Source: Eledone cirrhosa
Taxonomy: Eukaryota
NCBI GenBank assembly: GCA_964016885.1
Contig: OZ024743.1
Span: 118,606,001-118,670,000, forward strand
Length of the DNA: 64,000 nucleotides
Reading direction: 5' to 3'
Below the pieces are notes generated by a model, which saw nothing but the letters and a program-made list of their open reading frames with translations, was not told the origin of the DNA and searched no databases. The position numbers and the translations under genes were made by a program. Shown piece after piece: positions 44,550 through 57,653 of the stretch (position 1 is the first letter of the stretch; each line of letters starts with the position of its first letter).

Positions 44550-45717
44550 TAAAACGAACTCTGAAAACCTCGATTCTATTAACAAGGAAGCTAAGGAAAT
44601 AGTCACCATGCTATGGAACGAACACAACACGGAACCTTACATACCTAAAACACCGAGGATTAATATAAAAGACCATAAAAATAATATTGAATCAGATCTT
44701 TCGGTTAGAATTATAGCACCATCTAAATCCGACTTAGAAATCATAAGTAAGAATACTCTAGACATGATCATACCATCATTAAAGCTGAAGGCCCAACTTA
44801 AACTATAGAATGAAACCAACGAGGTCATTGATTGGTTCACCTAACTAGAAAACAACAATATGACTAAATTCATAGAATTGGACATAGCTAGTTACTACTC
44901 GTCAATTACATCAATACTACTCAATAGGGACCTGGTATACGCAATGAAATATACGGATCTTACTAGTGAGGAAGTTAACATTATTCTTACGGCAGGAACA
45001 CGATAATAGATTTTAAAGGAGAATTATGGACCAGAGCGGAGAGACCTGAAAACTTCGACGTCACCATGGGATCTACTGACTCAGCTCAGGTCACGCACCT
45101 TGTTAGAGTCTACATCTTAAACCTAATTAATAGAAGGATGCCGTAACTGGGCGGCGGTTTGTACCGCGACGACGCTCTTTTCACTTTAATTAACCATAGC
45201 AACAGTGCCCTAAATAGGAAAAAGAAAATAATAATAGACTTTTTTAACAATTAAGGTCTTAAGCTAGAAATAGAAAATAACAATAGAATAGCCAACTTCT
45301 TAGACATAACGTAAAACCTCAATTCTGGCCTATACTAACCATACCATAAATTAAATGAAACCCTCAATTATGTTAGCTACTTCTCAAACCGCCCTAGAAA
45401 TGTTAAGAAGGCTATAGTCAAAAGTGTAGAACGGAGAATCTCTAGGTTCTCAGCAAACAGGGAAATATTCGATGGTATAGCTAGATACTATAATAATGCA
45501 TTGGCAAGAGCAGGTTACCAGGATAAAATTGAGTACATGCATATAGATAAAAATGATTACACACCCGCTCATAGACACAAACAAACCATAGACATTAACA
45601 CTAACGTACACACAATAAATGGCAATGGAAATAATAGGGTTTTGGCGAACCGAAAACAATAAAGACAGGACAAATCCGATTCCAAATAGATATAAGTCAA
45701 ATACCACAAAAAGGTTA

Positions 45718-45872
45718 CAGTATTTCACGGCGTCGAAGATGTTACTTTTTTCCTAAAATAAGTCTCCAAAATCTACCATATTTTTTAATCATTATTTTTA
45801 TTTCAAAGTTTTGGTTGTCAAAATTAGGGTGGGTCCTCGAGGACGAAGCGTCTTCGGCGCCGGAAAATGCGG
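45718..45872. mobile_element. 155-bp MITE (Tc1/mariner-pogo type) nested in the PLE ORF
   Basis: Imperfect 24-bp TIRs cagtatttcacggcgtcgaagatg / cgtcttcggcgccggaaaatgcgg, with TA on both sides. Confidence 0.75.
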
Positions 45873-46912
45873 TACATGAGAGGGTTAGATCCCGTTCTGT
45901 GGTATAATCTACCCACTCCCTTGGAATTCAAAATAACATAGCTAGGCTTTTCTTTAACGCATTAGATAGGTGTTTTCCTAGAAAATATAGATACAGTCAA
46001 ATCTTTAATCACAATTAAAGTTTCCTACTCGACTACCAAAAGCACAGCCCAGAATATAGCGAAAATTAACAATAGAAATCTTGAAATTAAACATAAGGAG
46101 ATAACTCACAATAGCAAACATAGAAACACTGATAGGTTAAATAGCAACTCGAATAACAGGGATAACACCATTAACATAGACGAGATAAACCAACGAACAC
46201 ACAGATACAGAGAGGGAACAACGAATGGTAACGTAAATAACTGCAACTGCAGAAATCGTAATATTTGCCCATTGAATAATAACTGTTGAGAGGATAATAT
46301 TGTTTATGAATGCGATGTAAAAACTAGTAGGAAGTCTTATAGATATATTGGTGCAACTTCTACTAGATTTAAGGAAAAGTGGTACAACCACCTCCACTCA
46401 TTTAAAAGAGCTGATAAAAGATTTAGCACAGCTTTGTCGGAACTGATTTGTCGTTAAAAATAAACAAGTTGAATACTCCCTTCATTGGTCAAAACTCTCA
46501 CACGCTTTTCAATACATAAATGGATCTATATCTAAGTGGTGTGACCTCTCTGTACCACAGAGACTTTCTACATCATAAATAGTTGACATAAAATTATAAA
46601 TAAATGCTTAGAACTTTTAATTCTTGTCTACACAAAATCAACAAGACATTTCATAGAGTATTTAGTCAAAACTTAAATAACATTAAATAGACCACCAAAT
46701 AAGTAATTCAACATTCATTAATATATAGAAGCAGTATAATTTTAGCATCTAAGTATAAACATCTAAAGTTAGAAATAGTATCTAAGTGATTAAAATCAAA
46801 ATAAATTAAAAAAATAGACAAACTGTTGATACATGCATCAGAATTAAACGACCAATCTGGTAACTTGATATCAGAGCCAATTTACAGGCATCAACGTGTG
46901 GATCTCGTGTGG

Positions 46913-46985
46913 ATTTTGTCTGAAGAGAACACGTAGGTAGATGTTATACAACTGCCATACGTCGTTGAAATACGTATAACAAAAT
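46913..46985 (+). ncRNA. Type-I hammerhead motif in the PLE 3' region
   Basis: attttgt-CTGAAGA-gaacacgtaggtag..ctgccatacgtcgtt-GAAA-tacgta-TA-acaaaat. Confidence 0.85.
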
Positions 46986-47024
46986 AAATAGGGATGGACA
47001 AGTGAAACCGTTTTTCTTGTTCAT

Positions 47025-47056
<32 letters not shown>

Positions 47057-47131
47057 CGTGCGAGTGTGTGTTTATGTGTGTGCGTGTGTGTGTATGTACA
47101 GCTGTACATATTATTACGGACAGAAATAACA

Positions 47132-47237
<106 letters not shown>

Positions 47238-47497
47238 CTCAACAACAATAACATCCCATAGATTTAACGGGAGAGTAGCTCGTGATATCTTCATTCAACC
47301 TCCATTATCATCGTTCACAAGAACAATAAGAACCATCACTGCCATAATTACTATACCCAAAACAGCAACCATCTCCACCACTACCGCCACACGTAGCACT
47401 ACCAACAACAACAACAACAACTACTACTACTACTACTGTATCCCCAACAAAACAAAGAACAAATACACAATTTATCAACATTTTCGACATTGTTACT

Positions 47498-47597
47498 ATC
47501 TTCTTCTTCTTCTTCTTCTTCTTCTTCTTCTTCTTCTTCTTCTTCTTCTTCTTCTTCTTCTTCTTCTTCTTCTTCTTCTTCTTCTTCTTCTTCTTCT
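47498..47597. repeat. (TTC)n microsatellite
   Basis: Read directly. Confidence 0.95.
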
Positions 47598-47819
47598 GTG
47601 ATTCTCACATTCCCAAAAGCAACAACAAGAATATGAAGAGATACAACAATAACAATCCTAACCACAAATAACAACGACACTTACAGCAAAACGAAGTATC
47701 AAATAAAGCAAGAACGAAAAGAAAAAAACACGATGTGTTATCCAGATTTTCGTCCTGTCGATCATTATCTTACAGTGCTGACAGGCACTAAGACAAACCG
47801 GTAAATATATACATACGTC

Positions 47820-47901
<82 letters not shown>

Positions 47902-47916
47902 GTATATATATATATG

Positions 47917-47967
<51 letters not shown>

Positions 47968-48019
47968 GTATATATATATATGTATATATATATGTATATA
48001 TATATATATATATGTGTAC

Positions 48020-48060
<41 letters not shown>

Positions 48061-48211
48061 TTATATATATGTATATGTATATATGTATATATATATATAT
48101 ATGTATACATATAAATATACATATATATATATTGACATTTACACACACATATACATATACATATACATATATATACATATATATGTATATATATATATAT
48201 GTATATATATG

Positions 48212-50877
48212 AAAATGTGGTAAGGAACCAGATGGACCATAACGCACCAGAGAACTCAATACTTAGTGCAATAGAGAGGGAAATAGGAAAATGTATGACC
48301 CCGACGGCAGAGCTCAAGCCATTTCGACGGCTATTTCTGGACTAAATTAGAATTTTTAGCCTGGTGAATAAATAGCCGAACTTTTCAAGGGGGTACTTCC
48401 TTATATGGGAAGATTGTAGTTGTCAAGAAGATTGGTTAAAATTTGTTGTAAACACAAATAAGTCTATCATGGCATTTGGTGGGAGGTAGGGGTGGCTGAA
48501 CTTTCCTGTAGAACAATAGGGGGGGGGGGGTGACCCCGAGGCTGGAGGTAATTTGTTGTCCATCTCGATTTATGTCCTCGATAATTGAATGGTTAGCCTT
48601 TTTATAGGTGGAGTTTAGGCTGCTTCTGATCAGTGTGTGGTATCTGTCAGGGTAGACGAAGTAGAGGTTTCCTGTGCGAAGTAGAGGTTTCCGAGTGCAC
48701 CATGATGTCGTTGGTGTTTTCATACTCTGTTATTTTGCTACGGAGTTGTTGTAGGAATCTCTTTGTCTGGGTTTGAATTTAATGCTCTTGACCAGGTGGA
48801 AAAGGTCGTTCTCGAAGGGTGAGAGCATAGGGTTCGGAGGGGGAGATTTGTAAGTATTGATCCGAATCTCTACTTGGTGTCGAAATCCTGATTGTCGCGG
48901 TATCTATCGTAGAAAAAAGTTCTCCATCTTAGTCTTTTCGCAAAAAGTAGGATTATTCCTACTATTTAAACTCACCGAAATGTTTCCTGCATTTGGCGGT
49001 GGATTGTACCGGGATGATGGGCTCCTCACCCCCAAAGGGTCCAACCCCAGTTGTACAGACCGGGTCCGTAAACAACTAATCAACTTCTTCCGGGATTGGG
49101 GATTTAAAATCACCCTATAAACGTCCCTAACCTGAGTCGATTAAATGGACGTTACCCTTAACCTCAAAAATGATCTGTACTACCCATACAGGAAACCAAA
49201 CGACAACCTGCACTACATTCACCGCCGCTCTAACCATCCTAGAAACATCACCAATAACCTGGTTAAAAACATCTCCCTCCGCATATTTCGTTTGTCCGCT
49301 AATGAGAAGATATTCGACGAACACGCGTCTCATTACAACCAGGCGCTGAAGCGGATCCAGCAGGCGACACCGCCGCTCAAGCAACGTAACGTGGTTCAAT
49401 CCTCCCCATAATGCCGAGGTGGGAACACCTATCGGGAAAATCTTCTTTAGACTCCTCGAAAAACATTTTCCACTACAACACCGCTACCACAACATAATCA
49501 ACAAAAACACTATCAAACTCTCCTACAACACCACACCTAACTTTGCACAAAACATCGTCAAACAACAAAAAACTCAACCCCTATGGAAGAAATAACCTAG
49601 ACATCAGTGGAGAGCCGACCAGGAGGTGTAACTGCCCTGCTAGATCCCTGCTTGCTCCTCTCAACAACAAATGCCGAGAACGTAACGTGATCTACCAGTG
49701 CAACGTGAGGACGGACACCTCCAACAAAGCTTATATAGTATTAACCGCGTGTGACTTCAAGACCCGGCTCTACCAACACCGACATACCTTCCGAAACCCG
49801 GTCCGGCGACATGCCACTACACTTTCGGGCCACATCTGGGACCTCCAAGATAATAATATAACCTACAATCTCACTTGGAGCTTACTGTCCAAAGCTAACT
49901 CTTACACGGGAGGACGCCGTCCGTGTAACTTATGCTCGGAGGAAACATTACAAATGCTGTTTTCGAAGGACCAACTCCTAAACAAGAAAGAGGAACTGGT
50001 AACCGCATGCAAACACAGATTGTGTAGGACTTACCTCGCCCTCAAACCCCATAACGACCCGGGTGGGTAGACAAGGGCTGATACCCCCCTACCTGCCGAA
50101 TAAGTTAGGGTAAACCCCAGCTTACTTAGGTAGATGTATCTCTTTTCTTTTCTTTTCCTCTTTGTCTTCTTCTTCCCCCTGTCTCATCCTATCACTTCCT
50201 TCCACCTCCTATTTTCTACCTCGTCTGCTTTTCCCCTTCGTGTACCCCGATGCAGCCCATTGGGCCTCTGTAGCATCAGTTCCCCACCCCTGTAATCTTA
50301 AGATAGAATTGGCCGAATACGTTTTACTAACTACTTATAGCAGACGTGTTAAACCCCTTTAATTCTGTATCAGTTCTGGTACTACTCAATTTCTACAAGT
50401 TTTTTTCTATTCTCAACTTATTAACCTGTAATTGTAAGATAGCATTGTGATTTTTTTAATTCTTTTCTCACTATCTAATTTTATATATATATTTTTTTCT
50501 TTCTATTATCTTTTATTGTCTCCTACTCTCATTCGATTTACCTATCCTATAACCTCCCTCCTCCACTTCATACTCTATCCTCAGAATCTGCTGTATACAT
50601 ATTACTTTCAACGCTTGACCGCTGCTGTCACCCACGCCCCGTTATTGTTCTACAGGCAAGTTCAGCCACCCCTACCCCCCCACCAAATGCCATTATAGAC
50701 TTATTTGTGTTTACAACAAATTTTAACCAATCCTCTTGACAACTTCAATCTTACCATATATATACCCCCCCTTGATAAGTTCAGCTATTTATTCACCAGG
50801 CTAACAATTCTAATTTAGTCCAGAAATAGCCGTCGAAACGGCTTGAGCTCTGCTGTCGGGGTCATACCTTTTCCTAT
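48212..50877 (+). mobile_element. Penelope-like element with inverted 5' segment; parent of family F
   Basis: GGGLYRDDGL, YRKPN..YIH..SNHP, CNC..NVIYQC..AYI..FKTRLYQH..CNLC..CKH on plus. Inverted pseudo-LTRs 48284-48534 and 50627-50877. N-terminal ORF piece on minus at 48536-48860. Confidence 0.9.
50768..50861 (+). ncRNA. Hammerhead motif with compensated U3:A8 core (mirror on minus strand 48299-48392)
   Basis: cccc-TTGATAA-g..gctattt/aaatagc..c-GAAA-cggc ttgagctct gctg-TC-gggg. The other arm has TTGAAAA. Confidence 0.7.
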
Positions 50878-51096
50878 ATATATATATATCCGTATGTGGT
50901 TGACGGCTGAGGGAATGTATTACTCAATACCGAAGTAGAGTTTTAACATTCATTTCATTAAAGCTTGTTATTCTGGATGAACCTCCAGAGTAGCAAGACT
51001 CACTATTTAGCCTCAATGGAATGAATATATGTGTGTGAGTGCATGTGTGATATATGTGTGTCAGTGCGTGTGTGATATATGTGTGTCAGTGCGTGT

Positions 51097-51205
<109 letters not shown>

Positions 51206-51211
51206 TAATAT

Positions 51212-51286
51212 CGGGGTCGATAAAATAAAGTACCAGTAATGCACTGGATAATTGCTGGCCTTGTGCCAAAAGTAGAAACAATTATT
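51212..51286 (+). mobile_element. SINE 3' fragment (others at ~31615-31690, 51778-51832, 58005-58140)
   Basis: ggggtcgataaaataaagtaccag...gtagaaacaattatt. Confidence 0.75.
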
Positions 51287-53285
51287 AGAGCCATTAAAGA
51301 TAATTCATTGTATTTTAAGTTTCCTCCCGAGTTAAACTTATGTAATCTTCAGATGTTAAACGAATCAATTTTGAGGGGAAAAAAAACTCCGGTGTTGTTT
51401 AAAGGGCATACCGTATTGCATATCAATATTATTAGTATTAGTGAGTTATTTCATTTCAGTATTTATAGAATTATATTATGTTATGAAATTAAAGTAAAAG
51501 TTATATTTGAAGAAAAACAGAATATTTTAAAACATAAGAAATCGAAAAACAGAAAATGTGTGAAAACTTAAAATATAATAGACTTTCGTCAATTGAACAG
51601 TTATATCAGAAAAGTGAATTAAATTATACTAGATGAAGGTGAAAATATGTGATGTGTGAGAACTCTATTTTCACTTAGAAATATGATAGGGGTTGTGAAG
51701 ACATAAAATAAAAGCCGTGTGTGATATTTAACTATTGGTCAATTTAATTGGACTGTGTTGTTCATTATTATAGAAAGTAAAATAAAGTACCAGTAATGTA
51801 CTGGCCTTGTGCCAAAAGTAGAAACAATTATTATAGAAGGTAAATAACTTGTTTATTATTGTTTTTTAATAATTGCGGATCTTGCAATTAGATGATTTGC
51901 AGAATTGCCAAGGTTTTAAAATATGAAGATCTCAGCGATGAATAACCAGCAAACATTTATTACATTTTCATATGATTTCTAATATGTCAAGAATCGTGTA
52001 CTTGATGCTGAATTGAACAAAGAAGTATTTCATATTCCAGATATGTTATCAAATTTCTTTTGTATGTCTTTCTATGTGTGTTAACGAAAAACTTTTACCT
52101 GAAGAAACTTATTTCATATTCACGCTAAATCCCTAATGTATAGAATTAAATTAGCGTTATATGAATGCTTAAGGGGGAAGGTTTTCTTGTTTGCTCTGTG
52201 TGTTCAAATAGATTCAGTTACTTTAGTTACTTCAGTTGACACTATCCGGTGTCAATATGGTAGTAATATATAAGAAATGTATGATACTACGACTCGTGCT
52301 GATATTTATATTTAGGCCGGAATAATTGAAGTTATTAATTTTATTCCTAGAGTTACCTGATATGGGTCCAATAGTAGGTTGGGATACAACTCTCTCAATA
52401 TTTTAATGTAATATAAGATATAACGTGGAAAACTTTCTTCTGAGGGCATCTACGATATAAAGACTACAAGATAAGGTCACATTTCTGCACAGTTAAGTAA
52501 TTCCATACATATCCCTAAGATAACACCCGGCCTTAGAATGAGATACTGCTACATCATATTTCTCGCAACATAAAAGTATTTACACTGCATTCTTTTGAAA
52601 GCCAAATATTCTGATTCATCAACTGTAGTTACTCTATAAAAGAATTATCTTAAATCGTCTAATATACGTTATGTTCTAGCAAAGTTATACATTATTTCAA
52701 TGCTACACCAATTCTTAGCACCTAAAATATATTAGAATTTTTGTGGGGAGGAGTGACATGCGTAGACCGATATGATCGAAATAGTTAATCAGTAATTCAC
52801 ATCTGTTCGTAATAGAACCATCAACCTAGTGATGAGAATTGCATCTTTGATTCTTAAGATTCCGATGTTTGGTTAGATCATTTCGATGAGGATTTTGATA
52901 TTTTGGGTGTTGCATGACTGTGTTTCTTAACGGGGGAAACATTTGTATAGTTGTGGTCTTTAATTCTTGTATTAACAGAAGATGAGAACTACATAAAACT
53001 GATTAGGTATGGGCTGCGCTTGATAAAACCTCTTTGACGTTTATATCGGCTTAGAGGAACCGAGACCTTCACCACCATCTTACTCCATTCAGATTTTCTT
53101 TTGAAAAGATATCTTAAACCCGAAATAAAACGAAGTATGAAATAAAAGTGTAAACTCTAGTTTTAGTTTGCTTTATTCTACCTCTATATTTACTCTATAT
53201 TTCTAACTTGTTTTGAATTTCCTAAAATAACTTTAACGACAAACCTCAAAATAATTAATATATATATATACATGTTTGTGTGCGC

Positions 53286-53324
<39 letters not shown>

Positions 53325-53339
53325 TGTGTGTGTTTGCGT

Positions 53340-53375
<36 letters not shown>

Positions 53376-56120
53376 TAGTGCCTGCGTTTGTTCGTACACA
53401 TATATATGAATGTATGTGTGAATGGCATTTTGAATGAAAAAGATCTAAAGCTATGGGGTTCGATAAATGTACTGAAACTTAAACATTAAATGAAATATTT
53501 ATATTGTTACAAATTAAACGCTTTTCGTTTTGAATAAATAAATTACAAATTAATAAATATAAAATATAAATACAAATTATGTTAGGTTTAATGCGTTCAG
53601 TGCAGAATATACAGCATATATAGTATAATTATCGATTATTTGTTTTTACATAGATGCACAGCGTCAGATATATAATAAGGGGAATCATTCAGATTGTATG
53701 TTATTCAAAACTCTCTGAGGTGAATTCCAGACAGATAGAACAGCACTCAGATATAACTATTAAATTAATTTAAATTCAGCTATGTTTAGATAATTTATAA
53801 AATAGCTTGGTCCAGCTCTAAAAGAGTCTTCTGAGTAAGAGAAATGAATTGATATTTTGTTCAATGAATTACTGTATAATAAATGTATATTCAATAATTT
53901 GATATACTGATATACTATATATGTTGGCAGAGGCTAAATTTATTGCCACCACCGTGTTAATCTTGTTCATCCTATTCATCATATCAATCTTCCCGGTTAT
54001 CAATGTGGATGTAGTTTATTTATTGATAGCTTAGTCGGGTGAGGAAGGGCATTTCTTTTGATTATTTTCAGAGCCACCGAAACTGGTATAGGGGAAGGGA
54101 AGGCTGACGTAGTTATTCGATGTCTGCTGCTGTAACAATATGTGTATCAATATATTGAGTTTTTCGCCGACCGGAGATAAATCTAGAATGCTTGCAACAG
54201 TTTAGATTCAGCTAAAGGGACTTAAGAGCCAAATGATCATGTTAAATCGGATGTCCGATTAAGTCTACTGCCTAAGAATAGATACAGTCAATCTCATAGT
54301 TTCCTTTTGCACATTTTCAATTACAGGATTATGATAGGTTACAATTGCAAAAATCGCCACGCTGTGGGATTTAACCCGGAACAATATAATTACAAAATAA
54401 ATATGTATTATGCAGGATATAAAACTGGGGTATTTTGCACATCCGTATTGTTGATATTCATAATTAACGTATCACATTTAGTCTGGACAACAAAGTAGAA
54501 TATGCCTAGCTGAAGAGATCAAATGAAAGCGAAACATGCTTGAAATTCCTGGATTTTATGTTAGACTCTAAATAAAGCTAATAATGCAGACTGCTCCCGT
54601 AAACATTATAGGAAGCTTTCAGAGAAAACACAAGCATCAGCAACCTATTATTCTTTCTATTTTTGAAACATGTTTTGCTGTATCATCAATCTTAATACAA
54701 TCCTGCGCAATCCAACGGTGGCACCTCTTCACATTCACAAACCTGCTATAAATAATAACAGCATCTCCCTCAAACCACATGCTGCTATGTTAAATAAGGA
54801 AAGATGCATTTGACAATGTAGATACTAGTGTACAAATCAAATGGGATATTCATAGATGGCAAGTTATTGATCATAGGTATTTTTAAGAAATGGATTTGTA
54901 TAAAAGTTTCATAGAAATAACAACTAAATTAGTATAATCACAAAATCACTAATTATAGCCGTTTGTATTTTAAAATAAGGACATTGGATAATATTGTATG
55001 AGATAAACTATGGACATGGCTAGAATGAAGTTGATTACGGGTCTGATCCATTAGAGGTTGATCAGAAACAAAACAAAACAACAACATGGTCTTCTAACTA
55101 CTTATCCAACCTGCAGTTTACCTTTATAATCTTGTTATTATTGTTCTGTAACCCCTAAGTCAATTTGTTTGGAAAGTTCCCATACACAAGTGATGTTCCA
55201 GTACACAAGACTAGATTATCTGATTTTTCATGCTGAAAGAGCTGATTTAAATAGGACGCGATTGCTATTTTAAACAGGTCAAGTACTTTACGTTAAGACA
55301 CCTTAGATAGGTCGTATTCGAATATAATGTTCTTTAACTGATGAACAGAAAGATGCATTGGACCAGATATGGACATTAAATGATATTCCATCAATTCGTC
55401 TACCTCATTTAATTTTGAAGCTCCGTTCTTGTTGTTGCTGCTGTTCATTTTTAATTGTTGTTGATCTTGGTGTGTTTACCCCGAGTAAAACCTGACACGG
55501 GGTAGACCAATGATCAAAAGCATTCTGGTTAAAAACAGCAAGTTTTTAATGGTATTTTTTTAGATGTATTGTCTGTATATGTGGATTTAGATGTATGTAT
55601 ATGTAGATATATAAGTCTGTAGTCATGTGTATCTATGTACATGTGTAATAAACAACAAATTAGTCTATGATGAATTCTTGTGGTAAATATATATGTACCT
55701 ATACACCAGGTCCGAACACACTGGAACCAAATTCCCACTGTCACAGCCACGTCTCTCCCACTCTTTCCATCTCTCACTATTATAAGCAAAAAAAAAAAAA
55801 AAAGAGCCCACACGCTGGATCCCCCGTGGCCTGGATGTTAGAGTGAGATTTGGCAATTATTTCTGGCAGGGCAATCACAAGTAGTAGCCCTGTTCGTTGT
55901 CAACGCCTTCATGCTATGATTCAGTCTTCAGTATTCAGTTCAAATAATGAAAGAATTTAGCTCTCGTATTGCTAACACATATACGGGGATAAATCTGTAA
56001 GATTATGCAATAAAATATATTCTCTTTTCAAAACGAAATGCTATCTCGCTACTTAGGGAGGAAATATGAACCAATGTAACTTCTATATGGGATATTATTA
56101 TTATTATTATCATTATTATT

Positions 56121-56168
<48 letters not shown>

Positions 56169-56429
56169 CATGTTTCAGTTGAACATTTATGGTTAATGTT
56201 TCAGGGAAATTTAGCACACACGTGCGCACATATTCACTAACAAACAGACATACACACACTAGCAAATACTCCCATACATAAGCAAGCTAACGCTGGTGCC
56301 TCTACATGGTGGTCCCGTCTGCTAGAATTAGCGACTAAATCTCGCTTTTATATAGAGATAGATTTAAAAACGTTATGGATATGTACAATTCGTTCGAACC
56401 GCTGTTCGAAATGTAGATATCCATACACG

Positions 56430-56599
<170 letters not shown>

Positions 56600-56618
56600 T
56601 ATACATATATATATATAT

Positions 56619-56675
<57 letters not shown>

Positions 56676-57135
56676 GGGGTGTGAAAAGGAATGTTGAAAT
56701 ACACTTGGTGTCTTTAAGAAGTTTTATTTACAATAACTTATAACTTAACTTAACCGGTTTCACAAGTTTCATAATTTTCAAAAGTTAAGAATGATGGAGA
56801 GCAATGTGGCTATGCCGTGTGTCTCTGATCAAATCATCAGAATGATTTGATCAGAGACACACACTGTATTTAAGGTCGAGTGACGCAATTTCGAGTGATC
56901 AGCGGCCTTTAGAATCACCTGACCAATGAAACGATTGTTAATACTGTAAATAAAACCCTTTTTGTACAGCCGACCATGTTATTTTTCACTCTTTCACTAT
57001 ATATATATATATATCTTGAAGGCGGCCACCCGGACTGGCAACTGCTAATTTTTTGGCCGCCGTCTCGTCTTGGGCACCTCTCTGCTTTTCAGCCCCTTGG
57101 ATTGTATCTATTATATTCCTTTGTTAAATTTCGGA

Positions 57136-57193
57136 ATACATGATGATGTTACCGGATTCACACTGAACCCGGTCATTGAAATGTTCATAGTAT
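57136..57193 (+). ncRNA. Hammerhead motif with C3 mutated, in (TA)n-flanked insert 57015-57243
   Basis: atac-ATGATGA-tgttaccggattca cac tgaacccggtcatt-GAAA-tgttca-TA-gtat. Confidence 0.55.
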
Positions 57194-57239
57194 AATAAAC
57201 CTTTAAAGAATTATATCAGTCCAGCCTCCTGTTAGTTTA

Positions 57240-57653
<414 letters not shown>

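Larger units (their letters stand above)
44546..47022 (+). mobile_element. Penelope-like element (RT plus C-terminal GIY-YIG, possibly Hydra clade), decayed
   Basis: INKEAK..IKDHK..RIIAPSKS; ELDIASYY; FDVTMGS; GGGLYRDD; CNCRNRNICPL..IVY..YIG..RFKEKWYNH. 3' hammerhead and (TA)n at both ends. Confidence 0.85.

Noticed and set aside
56817-56862. 21-bp-arm palindrome (and a weaker one at 56373-56427)
   Set aside because: Real but short, with no ribozyme core or family match; cannot be assigned.
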